DNA of 64,000 bases from Octopus bimaculoides (taxonomy: Eukaryota), in assembly GCF_001194135.2 (NCBI RefSeq), contig NC_068987.1:29954091-30018090 (forward strand). The letters run 5' to 3'. A program made the translations under genes and the position numbers. Positions 37,611-49,613 of the stretch are shown here, piece by piece (the stretch's first letter is position 1; every line of letters starts with the position of its first letter). Below the pieces are notes generated by a model. It was not told the origin of the DNA and did not search any database. It saw nothing but the letters and a program-made list of their open reading frames with translations.

Positions 37611-38741
37611 GGTGAGCTTTGAAGAAATAGTTCTTTTTGATCAAGGACTATGAACCACCATGATCATCCAATATTTATTTCAGACAATATATTTAGGACC
37701 ATATTATCCAATTTTCTTTTTAAAGAGACTGTGAGGTAATATATACAAAAGAGATTTGTTTGCGAATTTTTGCAGGTCGTGCGACCACACTGGGGCTTCC
37801 TTGCTGGTTTGTTATATTGCTTGTTTTTAATGTTGGTCTAATCAAAAAAATGGGAAGTATGTACATAATTACAGATCATTGATCATAACAAAATGGATGG
37901 AAGACAAACACACACACACACATACACACATGTTCAGGTCAATCTTATAAATAAATAACAATTGTGGTGTGCTAATTCAGATTGAGTTTTATTGTACTAT
38001 AGACAAGGCATTCTAGACAAGGTGTCTTGCTCTCGTGAAATTGATATCCGAAAATCTACATTCTTTAAGAATGAGATTATTATTATTTCAAAAACAAGTA
38101 AGTGTGCAGCTTGTTCAGTGAATTTGACAGCTTACATCAAGCAAAAGAATGCATATATATGCTGAGTCAGTGGTTTTATGTATTTTTTCTCTTTATCATA
38201 CAGCCTGGTCAAAAGAGGAAGGAAAAAACGCCCATGATCCCATAACCTTTTGCAGGGTCTCTGAGATTACTGAAAGGTTGGAGCAGGGGTGATAAGGAAG
38301 CGGGAGAATAAACTCTTGAATTGCTATTGTGGAAATCAGCACTTCAATATATCGAGTTATCTTCAGACCAGAGACTCTGCTGAAGGTGAGCTGGGCCAAG
38401 TCATGGTGTTCAACAGAGTGATATATTAGGACTGCCATGTATGATTGTATTAGTATTTTTGCTATTTTAATAATTTATAGACATGGTTGTGTCTGGCCTG
38501 ACGGTTCTTAAAGTTGCACACACACACACACATTTATGTTTGTGTATATATACATAGATACACACACACATATGTATATGCCATATACTCCTATGATATG
38601 TTTGTATAAAATGTATTTCTAAATAAAACAAATTATTATATTGGAGATTGTTTTGTTTTCTTTATTTCTGTCTTGCTCTACCCTACAACCACTGGTTTAT
38701 TAACCCCATTCTACACGCTATCTTTTAGTATAATCTTATTA

Positions 38742-39219
38742 CCAGTTCAAATGTGCTGAAGACATATTCGAACCCATGAGAAAGTCATTCACTGCATTTT
38801 GTCCAAAAATTTTTCACTGACAAAATGTATTGAATGGTTTTCGTACAGGTTCAAATACGAGGTGTATTTGAACTGGTAACAAGTTTAAATTTGTACATAT
38901 TACTTCTTAGTGCTTCTAATCCATATTTTACTATGGTCAGGCCTATCATTAGCACAACCAATCACAGAACTTTAAACGAAATATAAGAGCGACTTGGTCT
39001 TTCGTAGTTAGATCAGAGCACTTTTCTTTCCAGTTTTCAATGCCGAAGGGGAGATTACTCTTTTGAACTGCATTTATCTATCATTCTGAGTAGAAAGCAT
39101 TTCTGGCTGCCTTGGTGTGTTTACACTTTTTTGTCTACAGCGACAATTTTTCTCCATGACCAAATGCACCGAACAGCTTTCTTATGGGTTCGAATATGTC
39201 TCTAGCATATTTGAACTGT
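38742..39219. mobile_element. TA-flanked MITE with ~70-bp TIRs and an extra internal right end at 38876
   Basis: TA|CCAGTTCAAATGTGCTGAAGACATATTCGAACCCATGAGAAAG versus CTTTCTTATGGGTTCGAATATGTCTCTAGCATATTTGAACTGT|TA. Confidence 0.7.
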
Positions 39220-39480
39220 TATTGCGTTTATCTTTGTACACGTCACTGCTGAGCGCTTCTGATCTGTAAACCATTAGTTCTTGTCACTTTGTTTCTGTAT
39301 TGTATGCTGTCATATGTACGTCTATAAACTCGGAGTTATCCCTTTTCTCTTTACTAGCCTTCTTCACCTCTGTTCAACCTGCATCACAGTTTACTGTTAC
39401 TGACATTGTACATACATTGTATTTACCTCTGCACACTTCAGGTTGTTTGTTATTTGTGATGAATCAGGTTAACTAGTAAA

Positions 39481-39792
39481 AACCCCTTTCGGTCATGAAC
39501 GATCATGGGATTGCACCTAGAATGTTTCCCTCCGAGGCACCAGTCCGTCAAGGTTGTTTATGGAAGACCAGCAGTCGCCCATGCATGCCAGCCTTCCTTC
39601 TCCACGCCACTGATGTCATCCAAGGGAAAGGCCAATAGAACTTAGCCCCAGTGATGTTGCAATTCATTTCTACTGTTGAGTGAACTGGAGCAACACGAAA
39701 TAAAGTGTCTTGCTCAAGAACACAAAAAACAGTGAAGTCCAGGAATCAAACTCCCTACCTCGTGATCATGAGCCCAAAGCTCTAACTACTAC
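39481..39792 (-). mobile_element. tRNA-derived SINE family G with CORE-like GTGTTCTTGAGCAAGACACTT segment
   Basis: Sense head AGTAGTTAGAGCTTTGGGCTCATGATCACGAGGTAGGGAGTTTGATTCC. A diverged relative lies at about 55400-55620. Confidence 0.65.
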
Positions 39793-40536
39793 GTCTTCAC
39801 CAATAAAACCGGCAAAATATAAGACGTTGTGCTTAACTTATATTACTCTACACATTGCAGGTTGTCTGCTGTTTGTCATATGTAGGTAACATTATACATT
39901 ACAATGTTGATTAGGCATCACGTGAGGATTTAGGTTTGTCCAGAGGTGAAAGGGCAGCACTCCTGTCCTTTTAAAGGGTCAGTGAAATTGGTAGGAGGAA
40001 GAAAGTTGATTATATCCAAATTTTCAGATTGAAGATTTTGCTCAAATGTTTGCGAAAGATTAGACTCTGCTAGAAACATTCAAGGGTCAAAGTAGTGGCA
40101 TTAAATTGGGTCACAGATGAGGTCTACCATCCCAAGAATAACTAAAGTCTGTGACTGGCTTGCACATATTTTCTGTTAAAGACTTTGGCCTAGATTCTGT
40201 GCAGTGAGATTGTACTGAACCTGGATCCAAGGTGTTGGAGTCACATTTAGTCTGAACAGCAATGAAATTATATTTCTTATTAGATGGCAGAATTGATAAA
40301 GTTCTAGATAAACGCAATGTACAGTTTAATTATGTCCCTTGGCAATCAAATCCTGATGACTTCAATTTTCATCATCATGTGTTTGTAATATTAAGTACCA
40401 GTTTTGACTTTCATTCTTTTGGGGCTCAATAAAATGAGTATCAGCTGAAGACTGGGGTTAGTGCAAATGATTTACCTGCTCCCATTGAACTTGCTGGCCT
40501 TGTGGCAAAATTTTAAATCAATATTAGTTTCAGTTA

Positions 40537-40755
40537 CGGTGAGAAGCTGGCAGAATCGTTACGCTGAGCAAAATGTCTTGTGGCAATTTCGTCTGTCTTT
40601 ACATTCCGAGTTCAAATTCCACCAAGGTTGACTTCGCCTTCCATCTTTTGGGATTGCTAAATTAAGTTCCAGTTGGATTCTGGGGTTGACGTAATCGACT
40701 TTCTCCCACCCCTTAAATTGCTGGCCTTGGGCTAAAAATTTGAAACCAATATTAG
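40537..40755 (+). mobile_element. SINE family B
   Basis: Matches the 31130 array. Confidence 0.8.
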
Positions 40756-41049
40756 TACCAATTAATTATAGGGTGTTGCTATCATTGAGTCACAAGATGA
40801 AAGGCAATAATTGTGAACCTTTTAGAGGTCCCTGGCTGAAACAAACAGAAAGATAGTGCTTTTGATCATAAACCTGACCAAAAGCCTTCCAACTGAGTGG
40901 ATTCTGTTAGCGGTATCCCTCTCCGAACCCTCTTGAGAACAACCTACTGGAGATCACCCTGGTTATATGACACAAACTTACTGTGTTAACAGGATCTAAA
41001 TCAAAACCTTTCATCAAAATTCCATATTTAATTAAGATACTGATCCTAG

Positions 41050-41265
41050 CTTAATATTGATTTCAAATTTTGGCACAAGGCCAGCAAGTTTGAAGGAGTG
41101 GGTAAGTCAATTGCATCAACATCAGTTGCTCACCTGGTACTTGTATTGATCCTGAGAGGATGAAAGGCAAAGTGGACCTCAGCAGAATTTGAACTCAGAA
41201 CATGAAGAAAGATGAAACACCACTAAGTATTTTGCCCAGTGTGCTAACGATTCTGCCAGCTTACC
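41050..41265 (-). mobile_element. SINE family B
   Basis: Reverse-complement match to B. Confidence 0.8.
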
Positions 41266-41280
41266 AATAGTAATAATAAT

Positions 41281-41790
41281 AATTACCGACAAGGCTATAA
41301 AAGCTAATAAACCGGATATTATTATAAAAGATCAGACAAACACGTGTTTATTAATTGACATGAGTATTCTCTGTGATCATAATATAGCGGCGAAAGAATT
41401 TGACAAGATCAGTAAATATAAAGACTTGCTAATAGAAATTGAAAAAATGTGGCACCTCAGGGCAACTACCGTACCAGTGATTGTAGGATCTCTAGAAATG
41501 ATAAAAGAAGGTACTGAAACCTATTTGAAAATGATACCAGGCTTACCATCCCTACAGGAAGTGCAAAAAATCTTGTTAACTGGAACGACTCATGTACTGA
41601 GAAGAGCATTATCGCTGTAAAAACAACATCCATTCATGAATTTTTTTTTTTTTTTTAAATACATATTTTACCTGTGGATTTGTGTGTGTAAACTTGAAAT
41701 GCATACAATGAGCTTTTCTACCCTAGGTGTACGGAAAACACTGAGAGAATTGGAAGAAAATTTGAAGAAAGAAGAAAAAAAAACAACATA
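41281..41790 (+). mobile_element. 5'-truncated R4/Dong-like non-LTR retrotransposon: restriction-like endonuclease domain, 3'UTR and (AAT)n tail
   Basis: ITDKAIKANKPDIIIKD...LLIDMSI...KEFDKISKYKDLLIEIEKMW...VPVIVGSL...LRRALSL* (PD..D RLE signature). (TAA)n on both sides. Confidence 0.8.
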
Positions 41791-41792
41791 AT

Positions 41793-42010
41793 AATAATAA
41801 TCTTTTCTACTAAAGGCAGAAGGCCAATAATTTCAGGAAAAGGGCAAACTGATTACATCACCCCAGTGCTCAACTAGTATTTATTTTATTGATTCCGAGA
41901 TGAAAAGCAAAGTTGACCTCAGCAGAATTTGAACTCAGAACGTAAAGATGGACAGAATGTTGCTAACTGTTTTGTCTGGAGAGCTATCTATTTTGCCAGC
42001 TCATCACCTT
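41793..42010 (-). mobile_element. SINE family B
   Basis: Reverse-complement match to B. Confidence 0.8.
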
Positions 42011-42387
42011 AACCCCCGCTTAATAGTGACAAAATTAATATAATAGATTCTTCATTATTTTCAAAATTAATTGAAAGTTAGTGTATGGCTTTTTAATGTA
42101 TAGAAATTATATTTACAGTTATTCACCATTATACATGTTTCATTTGTTAATAGGATTTACAAAATTGTACATGTTGGAAAAATATGCAAGATATCTCCTT
42201 TTAGAAGTTCTTCAGGTAGAGAATCAATTACTACCAGTATTATCTGATTCTCTATCACAAGGAGATAGATATCTTACATGTTTCTCCAACATATGCAATT
42301 TTGTAACTCCTATTAAGAAATGAAACATGAAGGCTGTTTAATGAAAAAGGAGCAGTATGAAAAACTTCTGAAGTAATTAAAATTTCC

Positions 42388-42530
42388 GTGGTAAGTAGCT
42401 TGCTTACCATCCACATGGTCCTGGGTTCAGTCCCACTGAGTGACACTTTGAGCAAGTGTCTTCTACTATAGCCTCGGGCTGACCAAAGCTTTGTGAGTGG
42501 ATTTGGTAGACGAAAACTAGAAGAAGCCCG

Positions 42531-42586
<56 letters not shown>

Positions 42587-42835
42587 CTGTGTGTGTTTGA
42601 GTGTCTGTTTGTCCCCCCCCACCCCCACCAGCATTGCTTGACAACCGATGCTGGTCTGTTTATGTCCCTGTAACTTAGCGGTTCGGCAAAAGAGACCGAT
42701 AAAATAAGCACTAGACTTACAAAGAATAAGCTCTGGGGTCGATTTTCTCGACTATAAAGGCGGTGCTCCAGCATGGCCGCAGTCAAATGACTAAAACAAG
42801 TAAAAAAGTAAAAGAGTAAAAGAAAAGAGCTGGAG
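42388..42835 (+). mobile_element. SINE family A
   Basis: Matches other A copies. Confidence 0.88.
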
Positions 42836-43319
42836 AAAGAAAAGCAAAAAGCTAATGGTAGATGTTGATGACCCTCAAAGATAATTTCAAGAAATTTATA
42901 GGGATGCTTTCTGTTAATTGTTTTGCATATTGCATTCAAGTTAGCTGCAACAATTATTGTTGTTCTGTTGTAGCCAGAGGTATGCAATACAACTGAATGT
43001 GCCAGTGCCACATTAAAGGCACACACACTGTAAAGTGGTTGGCATTAGGAAGGGCATCAAACTGGAACCTGGTGCAACTCATCTACTGGTCAGCTCTGAT
43101 CAAACCATCCAACCCCTGCCAGCATGGAAAACGGATGTTAAAGGATGATGATGATGACGACAATGCATTGCAATACATCTTAGGAATGATTTTTAAGCTA
43201 TAAACTGACTTGCTTGTAATAGTAGCTGAATCTTCCTCAAATCAAACATACCTGTCTTAAGAAGCCAGTACCTTATCCATTGAGTCACAGAAGCTTTTCT
43301 TCTTCCAGGCATCAAATTA

Positions 43320-43535
43320 ATTGTATTCGTTTCAAATTTTGGCGCAAGACCAGCAATTTCAGGAAGTGGAGTAAACTGAATGCTTCGATTCCCGTGCTCA
43401 ACTGGTACTTATTTTATCGACCCCACAAAAAGATGAAAAGCAAAGCCAACAATAGAGGAATTTAAGCTCAGAAAATAAAGTCAGATGAAATGCTGCTTTG
43501 CACTTTGTCTGCCATACTAACTATTCTGCCAGCAT
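43320..43535 (-). mobile_element. SINE family B, diverged
   Basis: Reverse-complement match to B. Confidence 0.7.
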
Positions 43536-43616
43536 GCCCCACTTGATCAAAATAATGAGATTGTAAAAACAGATACAACAGCAACGAAATATATTAATAA
43601 AAATTATCAATACATA

Positions 43617-44030
43617 GGCATAGGAGTGGCTGAGTGGTAAGTAACTTGCTTACCAACCACATGGTTCCGGGTTCAGTCCCACTGTGTGGAACCTTGGGCA
43701 AGTGTCTTCTACTATAGCCTCGGGCCGACCAAAACCTTGTGAGTGAATTTCATAGACGGAAACTGAAAGAAGCCCGTCGTATATATGTATATATATATAT
43801 ATATATATGAATGTGTGTGTATATGTTTGTGTGTCTGTCCCCACCCCACCCAACATCGCTTGACAACCGAAGTTGGTGTGTTTACGTCCCCGTAACTTAG
43901 CGGTTCAGCTAAAGAGACCGATAGAATAAGTACCAGGCTTACAAAGAATAAGTCCTGGGGTCGATTAGCTCGACTAAAAAGCGGTGCTCCAGCATGGCCA
44001 CAGTCAAATGATTGAAACAAGTAAAAGAGT
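43617..44030 (+). mobile_element. SINE family A, full length
   Basis: Head GGCATAGGAGTGGCTGAGTGGTAAG through tail GAAACAAGTAAAAGAG. Confidence 0.9.
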
Positions 44031-44328
44031 AATACAGCATATCTTTATCTATCTTTTACTTTTGTCTAAATTATTTTGAGAAAGTCCATTCTGTCAGATT
44101 GGACTAAACAGAACAGGAGGAGACACAAGTGTGAGATGAAAGATTTCCAGACAATGGACATAAGATAAAATAAGAACAACAATAAACGAGTGAAGAACGA
44201 ATATTTAGTGCGTGTGTTCATTTGGCAAGGCAAAAAAACATGACCTAAAGTATTTTTGCGCGAATTTCGATGATAGACAACTGAGTTTCATATTCATAAT
44301 AGTATGATTACAAAAAAAGAAATATTTC

Positions 44329-44338
44329 AAAAAAAAAA
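44329..44338 (-). terminator. RNA polymerase III terminator (T10) of the tRNA gene
   Basis: Run of 10 T on the minus strand starting 8 nt after the tRNA 3' end. Confidence 0.85.
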
Positions 44339-44346
44339 TTTCCATA

Positions 44347-44419
44347 TACCTCCGACGGGACTCGAACCCGCAATCCCCGGCTTAGGAGGCCGGTGCCTTA
44401 TCCATTGGGCCACGGAGGC
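44347..44419 (-). tRNA. tRNA-Arg-CCT: tRNA-Arg (anticodon CCT), 73 nt, no intron
   Basis: GCCTCCGTGGCCCAATGGATAAGGCACCGGCCTCCTAAGCCGGGGATTGCGGGTTCGAGTCCCGTCGGAGGTA folds to a full cloverleaf. Anticodon arm CCGGC-CT CCT AA-GCCGG and T loop TTCGAGT. Confidence 0.97.
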
Positions 44420-45220
44420 TTCACTTCAGCGGGAATTAAATTAATTATATATACCTATTTTATTTCATAAAAATAACATATTTTTCAGCTAAAATATTTG
44501 ATTTTATTACTTTATTCGTTATTTTAGCTATATGCTTTATGTTTTTCAATGGCTCTCTCTTAAAGAGATTTGCTCTTACACAAAAACGTTATTCTTCTTA
44601 ATCCGCAAATCTTTGAATTCGTTTTGCTACGATATTTTTTTTCAGCATTTGATTTTATTTACATCATTCGCTTCCCTAGATATAACAAAATCGGAAATTA
44701 AAAATAGGAAATATTTGTAAAAAGGCGAAAAAGAATAAAATTCTACATTAAAAAAAAACCCAACTTATTTCGGAATTATTCGTAACTTTCCGTACGTTAT
44801 TTTACGTCTTCGTCATGTGCACGTTGTTGTTTACTCAAAATCTATCAATTTAAGTATTTGTTGGTTTTCAATAATTATGAGTTGTTAATTAATATCCTTT
44901 TAGATGTTCGTACGTGTGTGTATGTTAAATATTTTCTTAAGCCGATCTTGGAAGAAAGCATACCATTTTTACTTAAACAACCTTTAGCTTTCTTTCAGTT
45001 TCGCGAATGAATCAATGGACAGAAGACGAGAAATTTCGACTAATAATTGATTGTTTTGACTCCAATATTTGAGTGTAGTTGCTTCTTTTTGTTCTTAACA
45101 TGTCGAAAGGATTCAGAAGTAAAGTGTAAAAACAGAAGTGGAAACAGCGAAACGACTAACTTTTCGCGCATAGTTTAGTAATATGTCTACAAGAAGATAT
45201 CTATACATGTGCCCGCCACC

Positions 45221-45546
45221 CGACTTTGTTAGCTAATAACTCTCAGTAAAATGGGCATTTTTTCAAGAAATTTTCTACAAATATCTTTCAGATGGTGTGG
45301 ATTACGATTGTAGCGGAATTTAATAATAAAAAATTGGTGGGCGTGCATACTGACATATATCACAATTTATTTCTAGTAACATTTTGGAGATAAATATATA
45401 TGATGTGTCTGAATGTATGTGTGCGTGCCCACCAATTTTTTTTTTTTTTTACACCTTAATTGCGATATAATCGTAATTCACATTATCCGAAAGGTATTTG
45501 TAGAAAAAAGGTATTTTTTTCTAAAAGTTATGAGGAAACAAAGTCG
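45221..45546. mobile_element. Old palindromic MITE with diverged ~130-bp arms
   Basis: CGACTTTGTT...TTCTACAAATATCTTTCAGAT...AAAATTGGTGGGC versus GCCCACCAATTTT...ATCCGAAAGGTATTTGTAGAA...AACAAAGTCG. Confidence 0.65.
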
Positions 45547-46144
45547 ACTCGTGTGAATTATTTAAAACTCCTCTCGCCACTTCCGACAAAAACTTTCTGA
45601 TGAAAGGTTTTGTAGAGAACTTCATTAAAAAATATCCATTGTTCTGTAAGTTATGAGGAAACAAAGTCAGTAGCAGGACTCTTATAGGTGTGCTGTATGT
45701 ATGTGTATACGCTGCTACAGGAATTTATACTTGCAATTTCACTTTGGTTTCAAGAAATGCCATTAAAAGAAAATAACACTTACGGTATTCCAGTTGGGAT
45801 CACCCATTTAATATATATGCTTAGTACATATGCAATGTATATCAATAACTTGATACATCTACTAGAGATGCTAACAAATTCTCACTCATATGATCATAAA
45901 TCAGCCAGGACAAGAGGTGAAGTGATGCACAACCTTTACAGATGCTTTGACAGTAAGCCTCAAGTCGATGGCTGGTCACTGCCTTCACTTCCTGGTTCCT
46001 AGCTGTTTGAAAGCCACTCCTATTTCAAACTGAAATTCAATATTTATTACATATATCTTCTATTAGAACAAACTTTACTGAGGTAGTTACTATGAGAGAA
46101 AATCTCATGATACCTACGTCAGAATGTACACGTTTAAGTGGCAA

Positions 46145-46366
46145 TAAATATTCGTTTCTACTCTAGGCACAAGGCCCGAAATTTTGGGGGAGGGGGCCAG
46201 TCGATTAGATCGTCCTCAGTACACAACTGGTACTTAATTTATCGACTCTGGAAGGATGAAAGGCAAAGTCAAACTCGGCGGAATTTGAACTCAGAACGTA
46301 AAGACAAACGAAATACCACGAAGCATTTCGCCTGGCGTGCTAACATTTCTGCCAGCTCACCCTCCC
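46145..46366 (-). mobile_element. SINE family B
   Basis: Reverse-complement match to B. Confidence 0.8.
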
Positions 46367-46449
46367 AGTATTAATACTCTGTCTGTTGTTATATATGTAT
46401 ATATGTATATATATATATATATATATATAGATGAGGAGTNNNNNNNNNN

Positions 46450-46635
46450 TTGTGCCTGTAATTCAAAGGGTCAGCCTTGTCACACTGTGTCACGCTGAAT
46501 ATCCCCGAGAACTACGTTAAGGGCACACGTGTCTGTGGAGTGCTCAGCCACTTGCACGTTAATTTCACGAGCGGGCTGTTCCGTTGATCAGATCAACTGG
46601 AACCCTCGACGTCGTAAGCGACGGAGTGCCAACAC
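46450..46635 (+). mobile_element. SINE family D, 3' half (5' side abuts an N gap)
   Basis: Reverse complement of the 3' half of the 28097 copy. Confidence 0.88.
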
Positions 46636-46656
46636 AAGTAGGTACAAGTTAAACAA

Positions 46657-46854
46657 GAGGAAAACAATCAAAGCAAGACTATGGCATTTAAATTCATTTG
46701 GTTTAGTTTAATTTAAGAGAGTTAATGCTAATGCACCGTAGTAGAGACCATATCTATTAATTCTGCCTACATTGCATTGGCAAATAACTCCTAGATTAAA
46801 CTAAACTAAATGAATTTAAATGCCATAGTCATGTTTTTATTAATTGTTTTCCTC
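46657..46854. repeat. AT-rich foldback or small MITE
   Basis: GACTATGGCATTTAAATTCATTTGGTTTAGTTTAAT versus ATTAAACTAAACTAAATGAATTTAAATGCCATAGTC, plus outer GAGGAAAACAAT versus ATTGTTTTCCTC. Confidence 0.8.
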
Positions 46855-46885
46855 TTCTGTAACATATATATGTATGTATATATAT

Positions 46886-47135
46886 ATCATCATCAACCAG
46901 TGTTTTAAATCCAAGTTTTGTCCCCGTTAAGCGGGGTGGCTGGATATACCTCAGTGTCATAGCAACCACCCTCACACCCTCTTGCCTGGATTTGGGCATC
47001 CTCCTTTTTCAAACCAACCCTCTCAATCTCCTCCTCCACCTTTTCCTCGGTCTGCCTCGCTTTCGTGCTTCATTTTCCTCAAACGAAATCACCCTCCTCA
47101 GAACATGCTCTTCATCCCTCCTCAACACATGCCCG
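46886..47135 (-). pseudogene. RTE-clade LINE 3' end
   Basis: WYGHVLRRDEEHVLRRVISFEENEARKRGRPRKRW...PATPLNGDKT followed by a (GAT)n tail. Confidence 0.85.
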
Positions 47136-47311
47136 TACCACCTCACTATTTAGGTAGGGGGTCTCAGAGAGTAGCATTCCTGCCTTCCTGAGCTAGCTTT
47201 CCACCATATTTCTTAGAAATCATGGTCTTGGTCTTGTCTAGAAACTGAGTTTGGAGGTAAGCAAGGGCATGCTCTCTGTAGAAAATCTAGCTCCAAGAAA
47301 GCCTCATGATA

Positions 47312-47351
<40 letters not shown>

Positions 47352-47585
47352 CATTGATAATAATAATATTAGGGATCAAAATCCAAAATTACAAGTAAAA
47401 ACTCAATTAAAATCAATTTATTAAAAATTAAAATTAAATTAAGTTTCACAGTATAAAATATATATGTGTGTGTGTGTGCGTGTGTGTGTGTGTTTTAAGG
47501 AAAAGAACCGAGGTTCATGAACTCATCGATGAAAATCCACTGTCACATATTCATGCTCATGAACCTTGATACTTTTCTCTAAAAC

Positions 47586-48340
47586 TATATATATATATAT
47601 ATGTAAATATATAAAAATAAAAAGATAAAGAGAGCAATGGTAAGGTTGGAGAAGTATTTTATGGATAGAGTCTTACAGCTGTTTCTGGGAAGATCCAGTA
47701 CTTCCCTTCATCGGAGACAGAAAAAATAAAGTAATCTATTATTATATCCATAGGCGGATAGTTTTAGTATGAAGTGGTAAAGAGTGCGATGCGCTGAAAA
47801 AAGAGAGAACAGTATTTGAAGTGTAGTTTCATTCCAGTAGTAAAAATCCGTGTAGAAATTCGTGTAAAGTAATCCATATGGGGATAATCCGGAAATAGAT
47901 GTTGGAACGAAGGCTGATATAGCATAGATAGCAGAGGTGAATATATGCCATACTGCGATGGATTTTAGCTTGTTTACTTGAAGAATGGCCAAGTCAAGTG
48001 AAGGATGAGCGGTAATTAGGTCAAGTCATGAAGACAGAATGTGAAAGGGGATGGAGAAGAGATATAGGTGAAGGATGGTAGCGGTATACTTTAATGGTCA
48101 GTTGATCTTAGAGGATAGAGGGAATGAGCATATAGAGAGAAGGAGGGAAGCGGGAGATAAGGTTAAAAGGTCTAGTGGGTAGGAAGGAATGCGCGTATGT
48201 AGTATATAGGTGGTGGGGGTATGAGTGATAAACCAAGGATAGAAATAAAGGGAGAGATGGGTGGGAAAGGTAGTTAGTAGTATCATATTCGAGAGTGCAG
48301 CCAAACCTATTTATAGATGGTGGAAAGGGATTGAGAGAAA
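47586..48340 (-). mobile_element. Penelope-like 3' terminal repeat (second family): pyrimidine-rich sense strand carrying a hammerhead motif
   Basis: CT-rich tract after the N gap leading into the hammerhead at 47670-47718. The class is inferred from this layout. Confidence 0.5.
47670..47718 (-). ncRNA. Putative minimal type-I hammerhead ribozyme, U4C core variant
   Basis: Sense GUCU CCGAUGA A GGGAAG UACUGGAU CUUCCC A GAAA CAGCUG U A AGAC: 4-bp helix I, 6-bp helix II, palindromic helix III, GUA triplet. Confidence 0.65.
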
Positions 48341-49150
48341 NNNNNNNNNNNNNNNNNNNNNNNNNNNNNNNNNNNNNNNNNNNNNNNNNNNNNNNNNNNN
48401 NNNNNNNNNNNNNNNNNNNNNNNNNNNNNNNNNNNNNNNNCACGGCGGGTTTCTTCCTGTTTCAGTCTACCAAATCCGCACAAAGCTTTGGTCGGTCCGG
48501 GTCTATAGTAGATGACTCTTGCACACACACTGCTGTACAGTAGGACAGAACCCGAGACCTCATGGTCTAATCGAATTCCACTTTTGGGATAGTGTCTTAC
48601 GAATACATGTTCTTCTGGATGAGCACACTCCACCCAAGATGGCATCCGTGCACGAGAATAATAAATTAGGCAGGGAAGTATAATCTGACACGCTTAATCC
48701 TTGATAAGCTGATTACACTTAATAGCCATTCAGTCAATGTTAGCAGTAAGGTGAGGACGAATGCTCAAATTCTTAGATCACTGAATGATACGATAAGTTT
48801 CACAACTATGAGACACTACAGACGATTGGTACACATGTAACCCCAGAAAGACGATATACTCCGATATAATACATTGTGTTAGTAAGGAGAGCAATGATCA
48901 TGATATCAAATTCAGAACTACTGGATGGAATTTATAAATATATGATTGCTTCCAGTTAGTCTAGGAATCGTAGAGGAACCACTGAAGTGTATCTGAGCTA
49001 AAGAAAATTTCGCTGCCAGGTACAAATTAAGACGGATCCCCAATAATCTTTATCATTCATGTAGACACGTCGCTTCATCTAAATGTCCGTCTCAGTTTTA
49101 TGACAATTACTGTACCTAAACGACAGTAACAAATGAGATAATATATATTA

Positions 49151-49318
49151 GCAGGAGTGGCTGTGTGGTAAGTAGCTTGCTTACCAACTACATGGTTCCG
49201 GGTTCAGTCCCACTGCGTGACACCTTGGGCAAGTGTGTTCTACTATAGCCTTGGGCCGACCAAAGCCTTGTGAGTGGATTTGGTAGACGGAAACTGAAAG
49301 AAGCCCGTCGTATATATG

Positions 49319-49375
<57 letters not shown>

Positions 49376-49613
49376 NNNNNNNNNNNNNNNNNNNNNNNNN
49401 NNNNNNNNNNNNNNNNNNNNNNNNNNNNNNNNNNNNNNNNNNNNNNNNNNNNNNNNNNNNNNNNNNNNNNNNNNNNNNNNNNNNNNNNNNNNNNNNNNNN
49501 NNNNNNNNNNNNNNNNNNNNNNNNNNTTACAAAGAATAAGTCTTGGGGTCGATTTGCTCGACTAAAGGCGGTGCTCCAGCATGGCCGCAGTCAAATGACT
49601 GAAACAAGTAAAA
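49151..49613 (+). mobile_element. SINE family A with N gap in the middle
   Basis: Head and tail match A. Confidence 0.88.

Noticed and set aside
38753-38796. GTG CTGAAGA CAT...ATG A GAAA GTCATT CAC, a hammerhead-like string in a MITE TIR
   Set aside because: Helix III cannot pair, and the opposite TIR reads CTAGAGA, so the core is not conserved. It shows that chance matches occur.
45007-45072. MNQWTEDEKFRLIIDCFDSNI*, a Myb/SANT-like WTxxE start
   Set aside because: Only 21 codons before a stop, with no donor site or continuation.
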